21,027 bases of DNA from Candidatus Oleincola secundus (GTDB taxonomy: Bacteria; Atribacterota; Phoenicimicrobiia; Phoenicimicrobiales; Stramentimicrobiaceae). The DNA lies in NCBI GenBank assembly GCA_018400815.1, contig JAGYLS010000028.1, forward strand, positions 1 through 21,027, in the 5' to 3' direction. Positions within the stretch are counted from its first letter, which is position 1, and each line of letters starts with the position of its first letter. The notes below the pieces were generated by a model. The model did no database searches, had not been told where the DNA came from, and saw only the letters and a list, made by a program, of their open reading frames with translations. Of the stretch, positions 9,471 to 17,700 are shown piece by piece. A program made the translations under genes and the position numbers.

Positions 9471-9487
9471 ACTTATTAAACAAAGCC
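9471..9487 (-). repeat. Right terminal inverted repeat
   Basis: ACTTATTAAACAAAGCC is the reverse complement of 3204-3220. Confidence 0.95.
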
Positions 9488-9496
9488 TTTACATAC
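9488..9496 (+). repeat. Right target-site duplication TTTACATAC
   Basis: Identical to 3195-3203. Confidence 0.93.
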
Positions 9497-9497
9497 C

Positions 9498-9513
9498 AAA
9501 CATTTAAATACTT
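9498..9513 (+). promoter_or_regulatory. Archaeal TATA-box promoter of the ATPase operon
   Basis: TTTAAATA at 9503-9510, 29 nt from ATG 9532. The 16-mer AAACATTTAAATACTT recurs at 20148-20163. Confidence 0.65.
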
Positions 9514-9531
9514 AATAAATATTTATTTATT

Positions 9532-10317
9532 ATGGCTCTTACTGATGGTTTACAACCGGCTACTAATATGTTTAAAGGTGGATTCGCTAATTTGGCTTCT
9601 AATGCATGGTATTTAATACCGATAGTAATTATTATTTCTGTAATAGGAATAGTTTTTCTTATTAAGAAGATGAAGTCTAAGAAGGCTCAATGGACACATA
9701 AATTTAAAGTTCGTAGAGTTTTGCCAGGCGGTAGGTTAACAGACCCTATTATACATTTAGCACGTAGATTCCCGTTAGTTAAAAATGCAGAAATATTTGA
9801 ATTAGAAAAACCGTTATTGGGTGGATTTTTAATCCCAGAGCCGTCTAAATATTCGGGAGTTAACGAGTATTCAATAATATTAGACGAAAATAATAGAATT
9901 TATATAAATGAAGGAGAGTTTTTTCAACCAGATTCTAATGATATTAACGTTAGTGCCAGACATGCAGAGATAGATTTAGGGTTTAGCAATTTAAAGGCAG
10001 ATTTTCAAAATATTAATAAAGTTAATAAGAGATTGGAGTGGGCTACCATTGCTAAATACGCATTCTTAATAATAGTCTTAATAGTTGGTATGATATTAGG
10101 ATTAAAGGGTCTGGAGGAATGGGGAAAGTCGCAAAGTGCAAGAGCCGATAGTGACATGGCACAAGCCGAGGCTATGGCAAGTCTTGCCGAGGCGATGGAG
10201 ACTATCGAGGCTACAGTTAATACACAAAAGTTATTAATACCTAAAATTAAAGAATTATATGATAATCAAAATATACAATCTATATTAAATGAGGTTGAAG
10301 AGAATGAAGCTGTTTAA
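9532..10317 (+). CDS. Two-TM membrane protein with soluble central domain and C-terminal coiled coil
   Basis: TM at aa ~26-44 and ~176-193, and an Ala/Glu-rich helical tail. First gene of the ATPase operon. Confidence 0.8.
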   Translation: MALTDGLQPATNMFKGGFANLASNAWYLIPIVIIISVIGIVFLIKKMKSKKAQWTHKFKVRRVLPGGRLTDPIIHLARRFPLVKNAEIFELEKPLLGGFLIPEPSKYSGVNEYSIILDENNRIYINEGEFFQPDSNDINVSARHAEIDLGFSNLKADFQNINKVNKRLEWATIAKYAFLIIVLIVGMILGLKGLEEWGKSQSARADSDMAQAEAMASLAEAMETIEATVNTQKLLIPKIKELYDNQNIQSILNEVEENEAV

Positions 10318-10453
10318 TAAACCATCTAAAAGAATATCTAAAAAAAGGTTAAAAATGCTTTTGGAGAAATATAATAATGGGGAAGTATTGCATATAAACG
10401 ATGGAATTGAAAATATTAAATGTCCTACTGACCCAGACTTTCCAGGGAAGTGA
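10304..10453 (+). CDS. Small hypothetical protein (49 aa), not in the ORF track
   Basis: MKLFNKPSKRISKKRLK...DPDFPGK*. SD-like GAGGT at 10291. Fills the gap in the operon. Confidence 0.55.
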   Translation: MKLFNKPSKRISKKRLKMLLEKYNNGEVLHINDGIENIKCPTDPDFPGK

Positions 10454-10458
10454 TAACA

Positions 10459-11184
10459 ATGGGAAAATTTATTGATAAGTTCAGAAATACTAAAGAGAAA
10501 GGGAAGGAAATTGTTGACCATGTAGAGAACAGACAATTTAAAGAAAGAAACAAAATAAATCCAAGGTATAGAAATCGTAACGATAGAACTAATTCTTTTG
10601 ATGATTTTAATAATTTTGACGATTTTGACGACTTTGATGATGGGTTTAAAGATGATTTTTATGAAGCCAATATACAATCAGCACAAAAACCGGAATCTTT
10701 TCATCATTTCATACTAGAAAATCAGTATAAAGATTTAGAGCGTAGTATTAGGGGATTTAAGGATGTATATGATCCTAAACAGCAGAAATGGATTTTAATA
10801 AGAAAAACACCGCATTGTTTTACTGATAGCGAGGCAGAAGATATACTTAGAACCGCACAAAGTCATTTGGCTACAGATATTAAACTAGGATTTATTAGCC
10901 CTGATGTTATAGGTGTTGAAATGATGATGTTGTATAATCAATTGTCTTATTTATTTAGAAGTATTGCAGAGTATAAATATGGACGATATGGGGACGAAGA
11001 GAAACAAAGAAGCATGAAGACTATGAATTTGAAAATCTTTTTAGAGTTAATGGAGAGAGTAAAAGCTAATTACTCAAGAGCAATCAAAGGGCAAGAAAAC
11101 AAATATACACATGAAAGTGTTAAAGGACAGGAAAGTTTGCAACAGACAGACAGATTCGATGAAAGGAAACGAGGATTTGCATAA
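10459..11184 (+). CDS. Hypothetical viral protein with acidic DDF low-complexity tract
   Basis: Long ORF inside the operon. ATG 10459 is preferred over GTG 10450. Confidence 0.75.
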   Translation: MGKFIDKFRNTKEKGKEIVDHVENRQFKERNKINPRYRNRNDRTNSFDDFNNFDDFDDFDDGFKDDFYEANIQSAQKPESFHHFILENQYKDLERSIRGFKDVYDPKQQKWILIRKTPHCFTDSEAEDILRTAQSHLATDIKLGFISPDVIGVEMMMLYNQLSYLFRSIAEYKYGRYGDEEKQRSMKTMNLKIFLELMERVKANYSRAIKGQENKYTHESVKGQESLQQTDRFDERKRGFA

Positions 11185-11819
11185 TGGTAGAAGAAGGCAA
11201 CTTGATGGTCTATAATCCAGGCAAAGAGATTTCTATACATATTACTTTAAAGATTTTAGTAAAACATCGAGAGGCACATAGACAAGCACAAACCGGAGAA
11301 TTAAATGATAAAAATATGGAAGATATTAACGATAACGATAGAAAGATATATCAAGTTAGAGGATTAAGTTTAATGATTGCCTCACAACTAGAATTAATAG
11401 GACAGTGGAGACACGTTGTAAGACGTAATAATTTTGCTAAATGGAGTAAAAGAGTTAGTAATAAAGATAAAACTATGGATGATTTTTTAAAACATGGAGA
11501 TGATTTTGATAGGTTTGATTATTTTGATTTAATGGAGATTAGAGATTTTTTATATAGATGCAGACAAAAATTAATTGAGGCAGAAAGAACACCAACAAAA
11601 GATGATGACTTTATTATTGAACAAAATACTAAGGATGGAGATGTATTATATTTGACAGATAATTTTTATGAAATGTTAAGAGAGCTAGAGGATTCTTATG
11701 CAGAAATATACGATTTATTAACAATTCATAAAATACTAGGTGCAGGGATGGTAGAAAACGATGAAACTACGGAAAAGGAATTAGAACAATTAGCGTTAAA
11801 TGATTTAATTGAGGGATAA
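11184..11819 (+). CDS. Hypothetical acidic alpha-helical protein
   Basis: TAATG coupling to the upstream gene. Lies immediately before the ATPase. Confidence 0.75.
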   Translation: MVEEGNLMVYNPGKEISIHITLKILVKHREAHRQAQTGELNDKNMEDINDNDRKIYQVRGLSLMIASQLELIGQWRHVVRRNNFAKWSKRVSNKDKTMDDFLKHGDDFDRFDYFDLMEIRDFLYRCRQKLIEAERTPTKDDDFIIEQNTKDGDVLYLTDNFYEMLRELEDSYAEIYDLLTIHKILGAGMVENDETTEKELEQLALNDLIEG

Positions 11820-12831
11820 AAATATGGATAGTAGTAACTATAAAAGACTTAATAAAACAATCCATAGAGATAAGTATGCAAAAAGGTTTTTACAAACTGT
11901 TATAGGACATGAAATGTTTTGTCTCTCATTAAAAAAACGGTTAGAAGAAGAAAAAGACGCATTTATTTTAGTCACTGGTGATACGGGGACGGGAAAAAGC
12001 ACATTAGTAGCAAGATTCTGTTTTCAACATTTTTCTAAAATGGATAATTTTATAATGAATGATGGTAGAAAAATGTTTGAAAAAGAAAATTTTATTGTAG
12101 ATCCAGAAGAGTTCGCTGTTAAAATGATTAAAGAAAGGGGTGCTGTTTTATGGATTGACGAAGGTAGAGATACGGTAAACCGTCAACAATGGTTTAGTAA
12201 GATTAACCAAGTTGTAGCTTCTAGGAAAAATCGTAATAGGAAAAACTTTAATATTTATTTTTTATTGATGCCATATGAAAGAGAAATAGATCCAAAACTA
12301 GCGGCACATTTAACGGCGTGGATATGGGTTAAAAAGCGTAAGATTGCAGAACTATATGTAAAGACTAGCGGGAAAAAAGGTGGTAAGGGGTTGGATATTG
12401 ATAGCATTTTAAAACGTGAAGAAAGATATCTAAAAGAGAATCCATTTAGAACATCGGTAGATCCTACTATACATCCAGAATATAGAGGAAAGTTTTATTT
12501 TTCAAAATTAACTCCAGGATTTCAAAGAGAATATAATAAGTTAGTTGAAGATAAAAAGGCAGTAGGTGAATTAACAGAAGAAGAAAAATTGGCTTATGGT
12601 ATTGTTGAAACTATTACGCCAGAAACATATGTTAATAATGCTATTGATGATATTAAGAAAGGTGTTATTACTAATAAGAGACAACTTTGGAATAAGTTAA
12701 AAGAAGAAACAGAATTAGAAGATGATAAATTGACAAAAATATTAAATCGTTATTTAGATTTGGAAGGATTTCCAACATTTAGACAATTATTTAAAAAAGA
12801 TAAATTAGAGCAAATAGAGGTAGATTGGTGA
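11809..12831 (+). CDS. P-loop ATPase, Zot/pI-like morphogenesis (genome extrusion/packaging) type
   Basis: Walker A GDTGTGKST, Walker B LWIDEG, then RNRKNFNIYFLLMP...IDPKL as in the Arg-finger/strand region of Zot-like ATPases. No TM. Start may be ATG 11824. Confidence 0.75.
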   Translation: MRDKNMDSSNYKRLNKTIHRDKYAKRFLQTVIGHEMFCLSLKKRLEEEKDAFILVTGDTGTGKSTLVARFCFQHFSKMDNFIMNDGRKMFEKENFIVDPEEFAVKMIKERGAVLWIDEGRDTVNRQQWFSKINQVVASRKNRNRKNFNIYFLLMPYEREIDPKLAAHLTAWIWVKKRKIAELYVKTSGKKGGKGLDIDSILKREERYLKENPFRTSVDPTIHPEYRGKFYFSKLTPGFQREYNKLVEDKKAVGELTEEEKLAYGIVETITPETYVNNAIDDIKKGVITNKRQLWNKLKEETELEDDKLTKILNRYLDLEGFPTFRQLFKKDKLEQIEVDW

Positions 12832-12906
12832 AAAAAACGGCTTTATGTAAGCCATTCTAAGCACACTTTTTTTATTGAGTAATGATATTATAACCCCCTA
12901 AAAACG

Positions 12907-13839
12907 CTATAATTCTTTTGTATCCTTAATCATTTCAAAAACACTACGCGGGTTAACTCTTGTGTATAACATAGTAGTATTTAAACTAGAATGTCCTAAA
13001 AGTAATTGTATTTTTTCGACCGGCACATTCTCATACTCATATAAATAAGTCGCTCTACTATGTCTTAACTGATGAATTTTTATTTTCTTGTTCAATGCTT
13101 TCTCACAATGCTTTCTTACTATATTCCATCTAAACCAATCATACCTACTTCTAACATAATCATTCTTCCATTGTTCGGTAATCTCTAACTTCTTTAACTC
13201 CCTATTACTTTTTTTGTCTCTTTCAAAGCCACCGAAAGGAAATATCATACCACCATAAGGGACTCTATACTCGTTTAATTGATTGGTCTCTTTTGCATAT
13301 TCATACAAATCTTTCATTAAATTTTTCGGTATATTAACTATCCTATCTTTGGATCCTTTCCCGGACTTTATAACCGCAACACCATAGTTGTCTTGGTTAC
13401 TTAACCAATCAATCCATCTTATATGGGCCCAACTCATTTTAATAATTTCACTAACTCTCAGACCAGCACCCATATTAAATATACATCTTATAACTAAGTC
13501 ATATGGTTTCGGTGCAGATTTTATCATTAAGTTTATTTCTTCTGGGCTTAATATTTGTGGTAATTTTATCGCCTGTTTTTTAATGCTAGGTATTCTAATA
13601 TGGAAATCTATATTATTATCATAGCAATAATTGTTAATAGCCATTAGTGCAGCCCTTTGATTTTGAGCTTTAACCCTTTTCATTATTAATCTAAGTGTCT
13701 CTTGGTTAAGAACTTTATACTTTTTGAATACATATAATAGGTATTTGGAGTATTGCCTAACAGTATTAATACTATACTTAGGGCTAAGCCAATCTATTAT
13801 ATTATTATATAACTCTTTTGAAAGCACTAACTCATCCAT
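12907..13839 (-). CDS. Tyrosine recombinase / integrase (XerC/D-like)
   Basis: Full catalytic set: GLRVSE (R), GKGSKDR (K), HQLRHS (HxxR), LLGH (H), TTMLYT (Y). TATA box at 13861-13868 on the minus strand, 29 nt from the ATG. Confidence 0.93.
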   Translation of the reverse strand: MDELVLSKELYNNIIDWLSPKYSINTVRQYSKYLLYVFKKYKVLNQETLRLIMKRVKAQNQRAALMAINNYCYDNNIDFHIRIPSIKKQAIKLPQILSPEEINLMIKSAPKPYDLVIRCIFNMGAGLRVSEIIKMSWAHIRWIDWLSNQDNYGVAVIKSGKGSKDRIVNIPKNLMKDLYEYAKETNQLNEYRVPYGGMIFPFGGFERDKKSNRELKKLEITEQWKNDYVRSRYDWFRWNIVRKHCEKALNKKIKIHQLRHSRATYLYEYENVPVEKIQLLLGHSSLNTTMLYTRVNPRSVFEMIKDTKEL

Positions 13840-13960
13840 AAAGAAAAAAAGACCCTAGAGTATTTAAATGTATCCATATAACCTACATTATACGGAGAAC
13901 AGCACTATTTTGTTGTTACTGATTGGTAGTGCCATTGTAACAATATAATGTAAAACGCCG

Positions 13961-14010
13961 AATATTCCAATAGGAATATTCTTAAGCCAAAATATTCCAA
14001 TAGGAATATT
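13961..14010. repeat. Two identical 20-bp palindromic boxes AATATTCC-AATA-GGAATATT
   Basis: Copies at 13961-13980 and 13991-14010 (30-bp period). Confidence 0.9.
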
Positions 14011-14012
14011 GT

Positions 14013-14056
14013 TTTGGTATAGATTTGGTATAGATTTGGTATAGATTTGGTATAGA
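14013..14056 (+). repeat. 4 x 11-bp tandem repeat TTTGGTATAGA (iteron-like)
   Basis: Four exact contiguous copies. Confidence 0.92.
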
Positions 14057-14115
14057 TTAATGGATTGTGCGAACCTTTTTTGTGCACTAAGGTTACCTTA
14101 ATATAAACCTAAATG

Positions 14116-14139
14116 AGTTATTCGGTTAACCGAGTAACT
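14116..14139. repeat. 24-bp near-perfect palindrome AGTTATTCGGTTAACCGAGTAACT
   Basis: One mismatched pair. A 13-bp palindrome TAAGGTTACCTTA lies nearby at 14088-14100. Confidence 0.8.
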
Positions 14140-14149
14140 AAAGGAAAAA

Positions 14150-14257
14150 TTAAATAAAATACCTAGAAAGGAAGAAGTATCCGACGATAACAATAATAGC
14201 CAATGTTAAAATATTAGCTATGACACGAGATAAAACACTACTTAAAAACTTGAACAT
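14150..14257 (-). CDS. 35-aa single-TM peptide, not in the ORF track
   Basis: MFKFLSSVLSRVIANILTLAIIVIVGYFFLSRYFI*. Overlaps the end of the 79-aa gene. Confidence 0.5.
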   Translation of the reverse strand: MFKFLSSVLSRVIANILTLAIIVIVGYFFLSRYFI

Positions 14258-14477
14258 TTGTAATATTGCTAACGTTTAATTCTGTTTCTATAAAGTTTAT
14301 AACGTCGCTGTATTCACAATAACATTTATAATCTTCTGTCGTCCATCCGCAATTCTCGTTTATCTCCTTTTGTAGTTTATTGTGTTCTACTAGATTAACT
14401 GTAAGAATAATTAACATAATTAGTATAGCTAAGGCAAAAAATGGTTTTATTTTCTCCATAAGATCCTTTAATTCCAT
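14238..14477 (-). CDS. Small single-TM protein with Cys motif
   Basis: N-terminal TM, C-x8-C-x-C, C-terminal sequons, and a TATA-like box ~27 nt upstream. Confidence 0.7.
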   Translation of the reverse strand: MELKDLMEKIKPFFALAILIMLIILTVNLVEHNKLQKEINENCGWTTEDYKCYCEYSDVINFIETELNVSNITNVQVFK

Positions 14478-14527
14478 ATAAATACATATTTAATAAAGTT
14501 TAAATACTTTGGTGTTATTATTATATT

Positions 14528-14711
14528 GTTAATAGAAGATAACATACTATTAATCGGTTGGTAGTAATATCACTTTATTATCTATCTAGAGGATTTTAAA
14601 GTTAATCCGTTATGTCGTAACCCATAACTCGACGCTGTTATTAGAAAACTACTACCTTTGTTTCCGTTGGAGGCATTGCCAATAAGTCCTCCATTGGAAT
14701 TTTTAATAACA
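14528..14711 (+). ncRNA. Candidate structured non-coding RNA
   Basis: TTTAAATA at 14499-14506 upstream, no credible ORF, and multiple helices plus a possible pseudoknot (see findings). Confidence 0.4.
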
Positions 14712-14743
14712 ATCTTTAAATAGTAGTAAATCTTATAATTATT

Positions 14744-17700
14744 ATGGTTTCGACGCGTAACAATTCAACAAGAATAACTAAACAGCAATCAACAGCATAT
14801 AGTAGACAACTCGCAGCAAGAACACAACAAGCATTATCACAACCATATATATCTAGATCGCGTTTTGCTGCAGAATCACAACAAGCGCAAAATGATTTAA
14901 ATATACTATTGGACAAACTAAGTTCTACTTCTAACATTAAAGAACAAGAAAATATATTAAATAATGCCCCATCATCCATAAAATCTCAAACTAACAGTAT
15001 TAGAAATGAATTAAAATTACAATATAATGAAACATTAAATAACGTTACTCAAGATTATAATTATGCAATAAAACAGAGGGCTAAATGGAGAGAAAGGGTT
15101 AAAGATAAAAGTTCTGCTGTTAATAAACAAAATTTTGAGAAGTGGGATACAAGAAGGAATGAGTTAAATAATATTTTATCGGAAATTAAAAGTGGGAAAA
15201 CTTATTCATACGATTCTATAAAAAATTATATCGTTAGTAGAGGAAATTATGCTGGTAGACAAGCGTTTTTGAAATACGAGGAAAAACAAGCAAGACAGAC
15301 AGCACAAAGGCAAACAATGGACGAAATTAAAAAGGCTGGTCTTGTTAGTGTTATTGATCGTTCTGGAAAATTATTAGGTTATAGAACACCAGAAAAAAAT
15401 TATATAGAATATCGTTTTGATAAAAGTGGTAATGCTAAATTTTACAAATCTCCTACGATAAAAGAAATTAAAGTTAATGGAAATATTGTAGGGTATAAGG
15501 ACACATTAACGAAACAGAGTATAGCTAAACGTGATATAGAAGAGCATTTAAAAGATAGGGTAATTGTGGAGAGTTTTATACCGAAACAAATCGGGACGTC
15601 TATGAAAACTCTTGAGCTTTTTAAGGTTAATGATATTATTGATTCTATTAATAAGAATCTTGTATCTTATTCGCCAAGGAATAAATTACAACGAGTAATA
15701 AATAATGTTACAGGATCCCTAACGAAGCAAGGAGGAAGGACTAAAGAATTTTTAAGTAAATATAATGTGGTTGAAAAGACACCACCTATAAAAACTGGTA
15801 TTAGATATTTTAATTCGCTTATGACCGTCATAAATCCTACGTTTAATACAAATTTTAATAATAAATATAGGAAATCATTGTATGCTAATTTCGGTAGTGG
15901 TCTGGTAGACGCTGCGATGGGAACTGTGTATATTTTAGAAGTTTTAAATCGTTTGACTTATGACAAATCCTTTAGGAGAAATCTGGGAAGTAGTGTTATG
16001 ACTATCGGTTCTATGCCATTCACACCCGAAGGACAAAAACAGATTTCTATAAGTTTGAACATTTATAGAAAATATCGTATGGGTAATGATTTGAAAAGGT
16101 TAGGCAATCTCTTATCCACTCAACCAGAAAAGGCGGTAGGTTATGGTGCGGCTTTAATAGCTGATTTAGTTATTGGGACGAAGGTTGGAAAAGCCGCTAG
16201 TTCTTTCAGAAAAGATATTGCAAGGAAAATATTAAATAGTAACCCTAGATTACTAAGAGTCGTAAATAATAAAATAGTTGTTAATAAAAGATTGATATTA
16301 AAACTTGGTGGAGTTCAGGAAGGTGCGGAAAGTTTGAGCAAACAATTAGCTAGAGGAGGGACGAGGGCTACCGCTATATCTGCACAATCTAGAAAACTGG
16401 TTGGATTAGTGAAAAGGAAAAAGGTTATTCGTAAACCACTTCCTATGAACGTTGAAAAAAAACTTAGCAAAAATGTTCAATTAGCATTAAAGAAATTTGA
16501 TAAAGGACAACTAACAAATAAAGAAATATTAAATTTAAATTCTGCATTAAGACAAGAAACGAAAAAGTTAGGCGTTCAAGCCGCCGGTATAGATTTATTG
16601 GAACGTTCAACATACTTCGACCCAGATGGTTTATTAAGAAAAAGTAGATTAGCGATACAAAAAGATTTAGAGTATGGGAATCTCTTTGATTTATTTAGTG
16701 GGAAAGCTAGTATATTTGCTAGAAAAAGTAAACCACAGATATTATACATAGATGAAATGATTGAGTCATTGCCAAAGACAAAGGAGTTCAGTAGTATAAG
16801 AGCAAAATTGAGTCGTGCCAATAGGTTAGGATCTAAAGCTAATTTAACCAAAAAAGAATTAGCTATTTTATCTAGATGGCAAGTAACACCATCCGGTAAA
16901 TTAAAAGCTATTGGTTCTACAACTTTTAGTGGAGGGATTGAAAGAGAGGTCACGATAGCACCAAAAGAGGCTATAAAGAGAGTCAAAAGATTAGGCACTG
17001 TTGTTATCGATGGAGAAAGGATTCCTATTATAGCTGTTAAGATTGTTAAGGGTAAAGAAAATATTAGATTATTAAAAATAATAGAAAATTTAAAGAAAAA
17101 GATTAAAGCACTAAGGAATAAATCTAAAAAGTTAAAAACTAAATCGGCTAAGTCAAGAGCTAATTTGGAAGTTAAGAAACTTGAGGATAAATTAGACAAT
17201 ATTATTAGTAAGATAGAGAAATCTAATGCTAAAAAGGATTTAGCATTTTTTCTAAAAGAAAGAAGGATTGCTAAGAGGACGACATTAAAGAAATATCCTC
17301 TCGGTAGAAGGACGTTAGAGAGAGCCTCGGACGTTGCAAGATTAAAATCTAGGCGAAGAACTACTACTAGAAGACCAGTTACTAGACAGAGGGTTGCTAA
17401 GAGAAAGCCGGTTACTAGACAGAGAGTTACTAAGAGAAAGCCGGTTACTAGACAGAGAGTTACTAAGAGAAAGCCAGTTACTAGACAGAGGGTTACTACC
17501 AGAAGACCAGTTGCTAGACAGAGGGTTACTACCAGAAGACCAGTTGCTAGACAGAGGGTTACTACCAGAAGACCAGTTGCTCAGAAGAAAAAGGTTGTCA
17601 TTCCATCAACAAGGGAATCTTATAAACAGAAAAAATTAATGAAATCGGTTAATACTTATTATGTTGTAGAAAAGAAACGTGGTAAATTTGTAAAATTATA

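Larger units (their letters stand above)
3204..9487. mobile_element. IS5-family (IS903-group-like) passenger-carrying transposon with Type III R-M cargo
   Basis: Perfect 17-bp TIRs (3204-3220, 9471-9487), a 9-bp direct repeat outside both ends, and an internal DDE transposase. Confidence 0.93.

Noticed and set aside
10596..10662. DDF/NNF 9-bp repeats
   Set aside because: Ordinary low-complexity acidic tract within a coding sequence.
12831..12873. GGCTT/AAGCC hairpin between convergent genes as a transposon-end remnant
   Set aside because: Only 6 bp (GGCTTT) match the TIR. A simple bidirectional terminator with flanking A and T tracts is more likely.
13961..14056. Mini CRISPR array
   Set aside because: Only two 20-bp repeats with a 10-bp gap, plus spacerless 11-mers. 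No cas genes in the window.
13905..14087. 60-aa minus-strand ORF
   Set aside because: It merely translates the repeat cluster and has no expression signals.
1673..17199. Shadow ORFs (1673-1996, 2639-2839, 5064-5297, 5248-5472, 5448-5717, 7491-7712, 9227-9409, 10285-10677, 13388-13624, 14716-14979, 16576-17199)
   Set aside because: They overlap better-supported genes or promoters and show antisense or off-frame composition.
17369..17639. CRISPR-like 33-bp repeats, and the alternative-frame ORF 17394..17639
   Set aside because: The repeats are contiguous, in-frame coding units. The alternative ORF is a by-product of a stop-free repeat.
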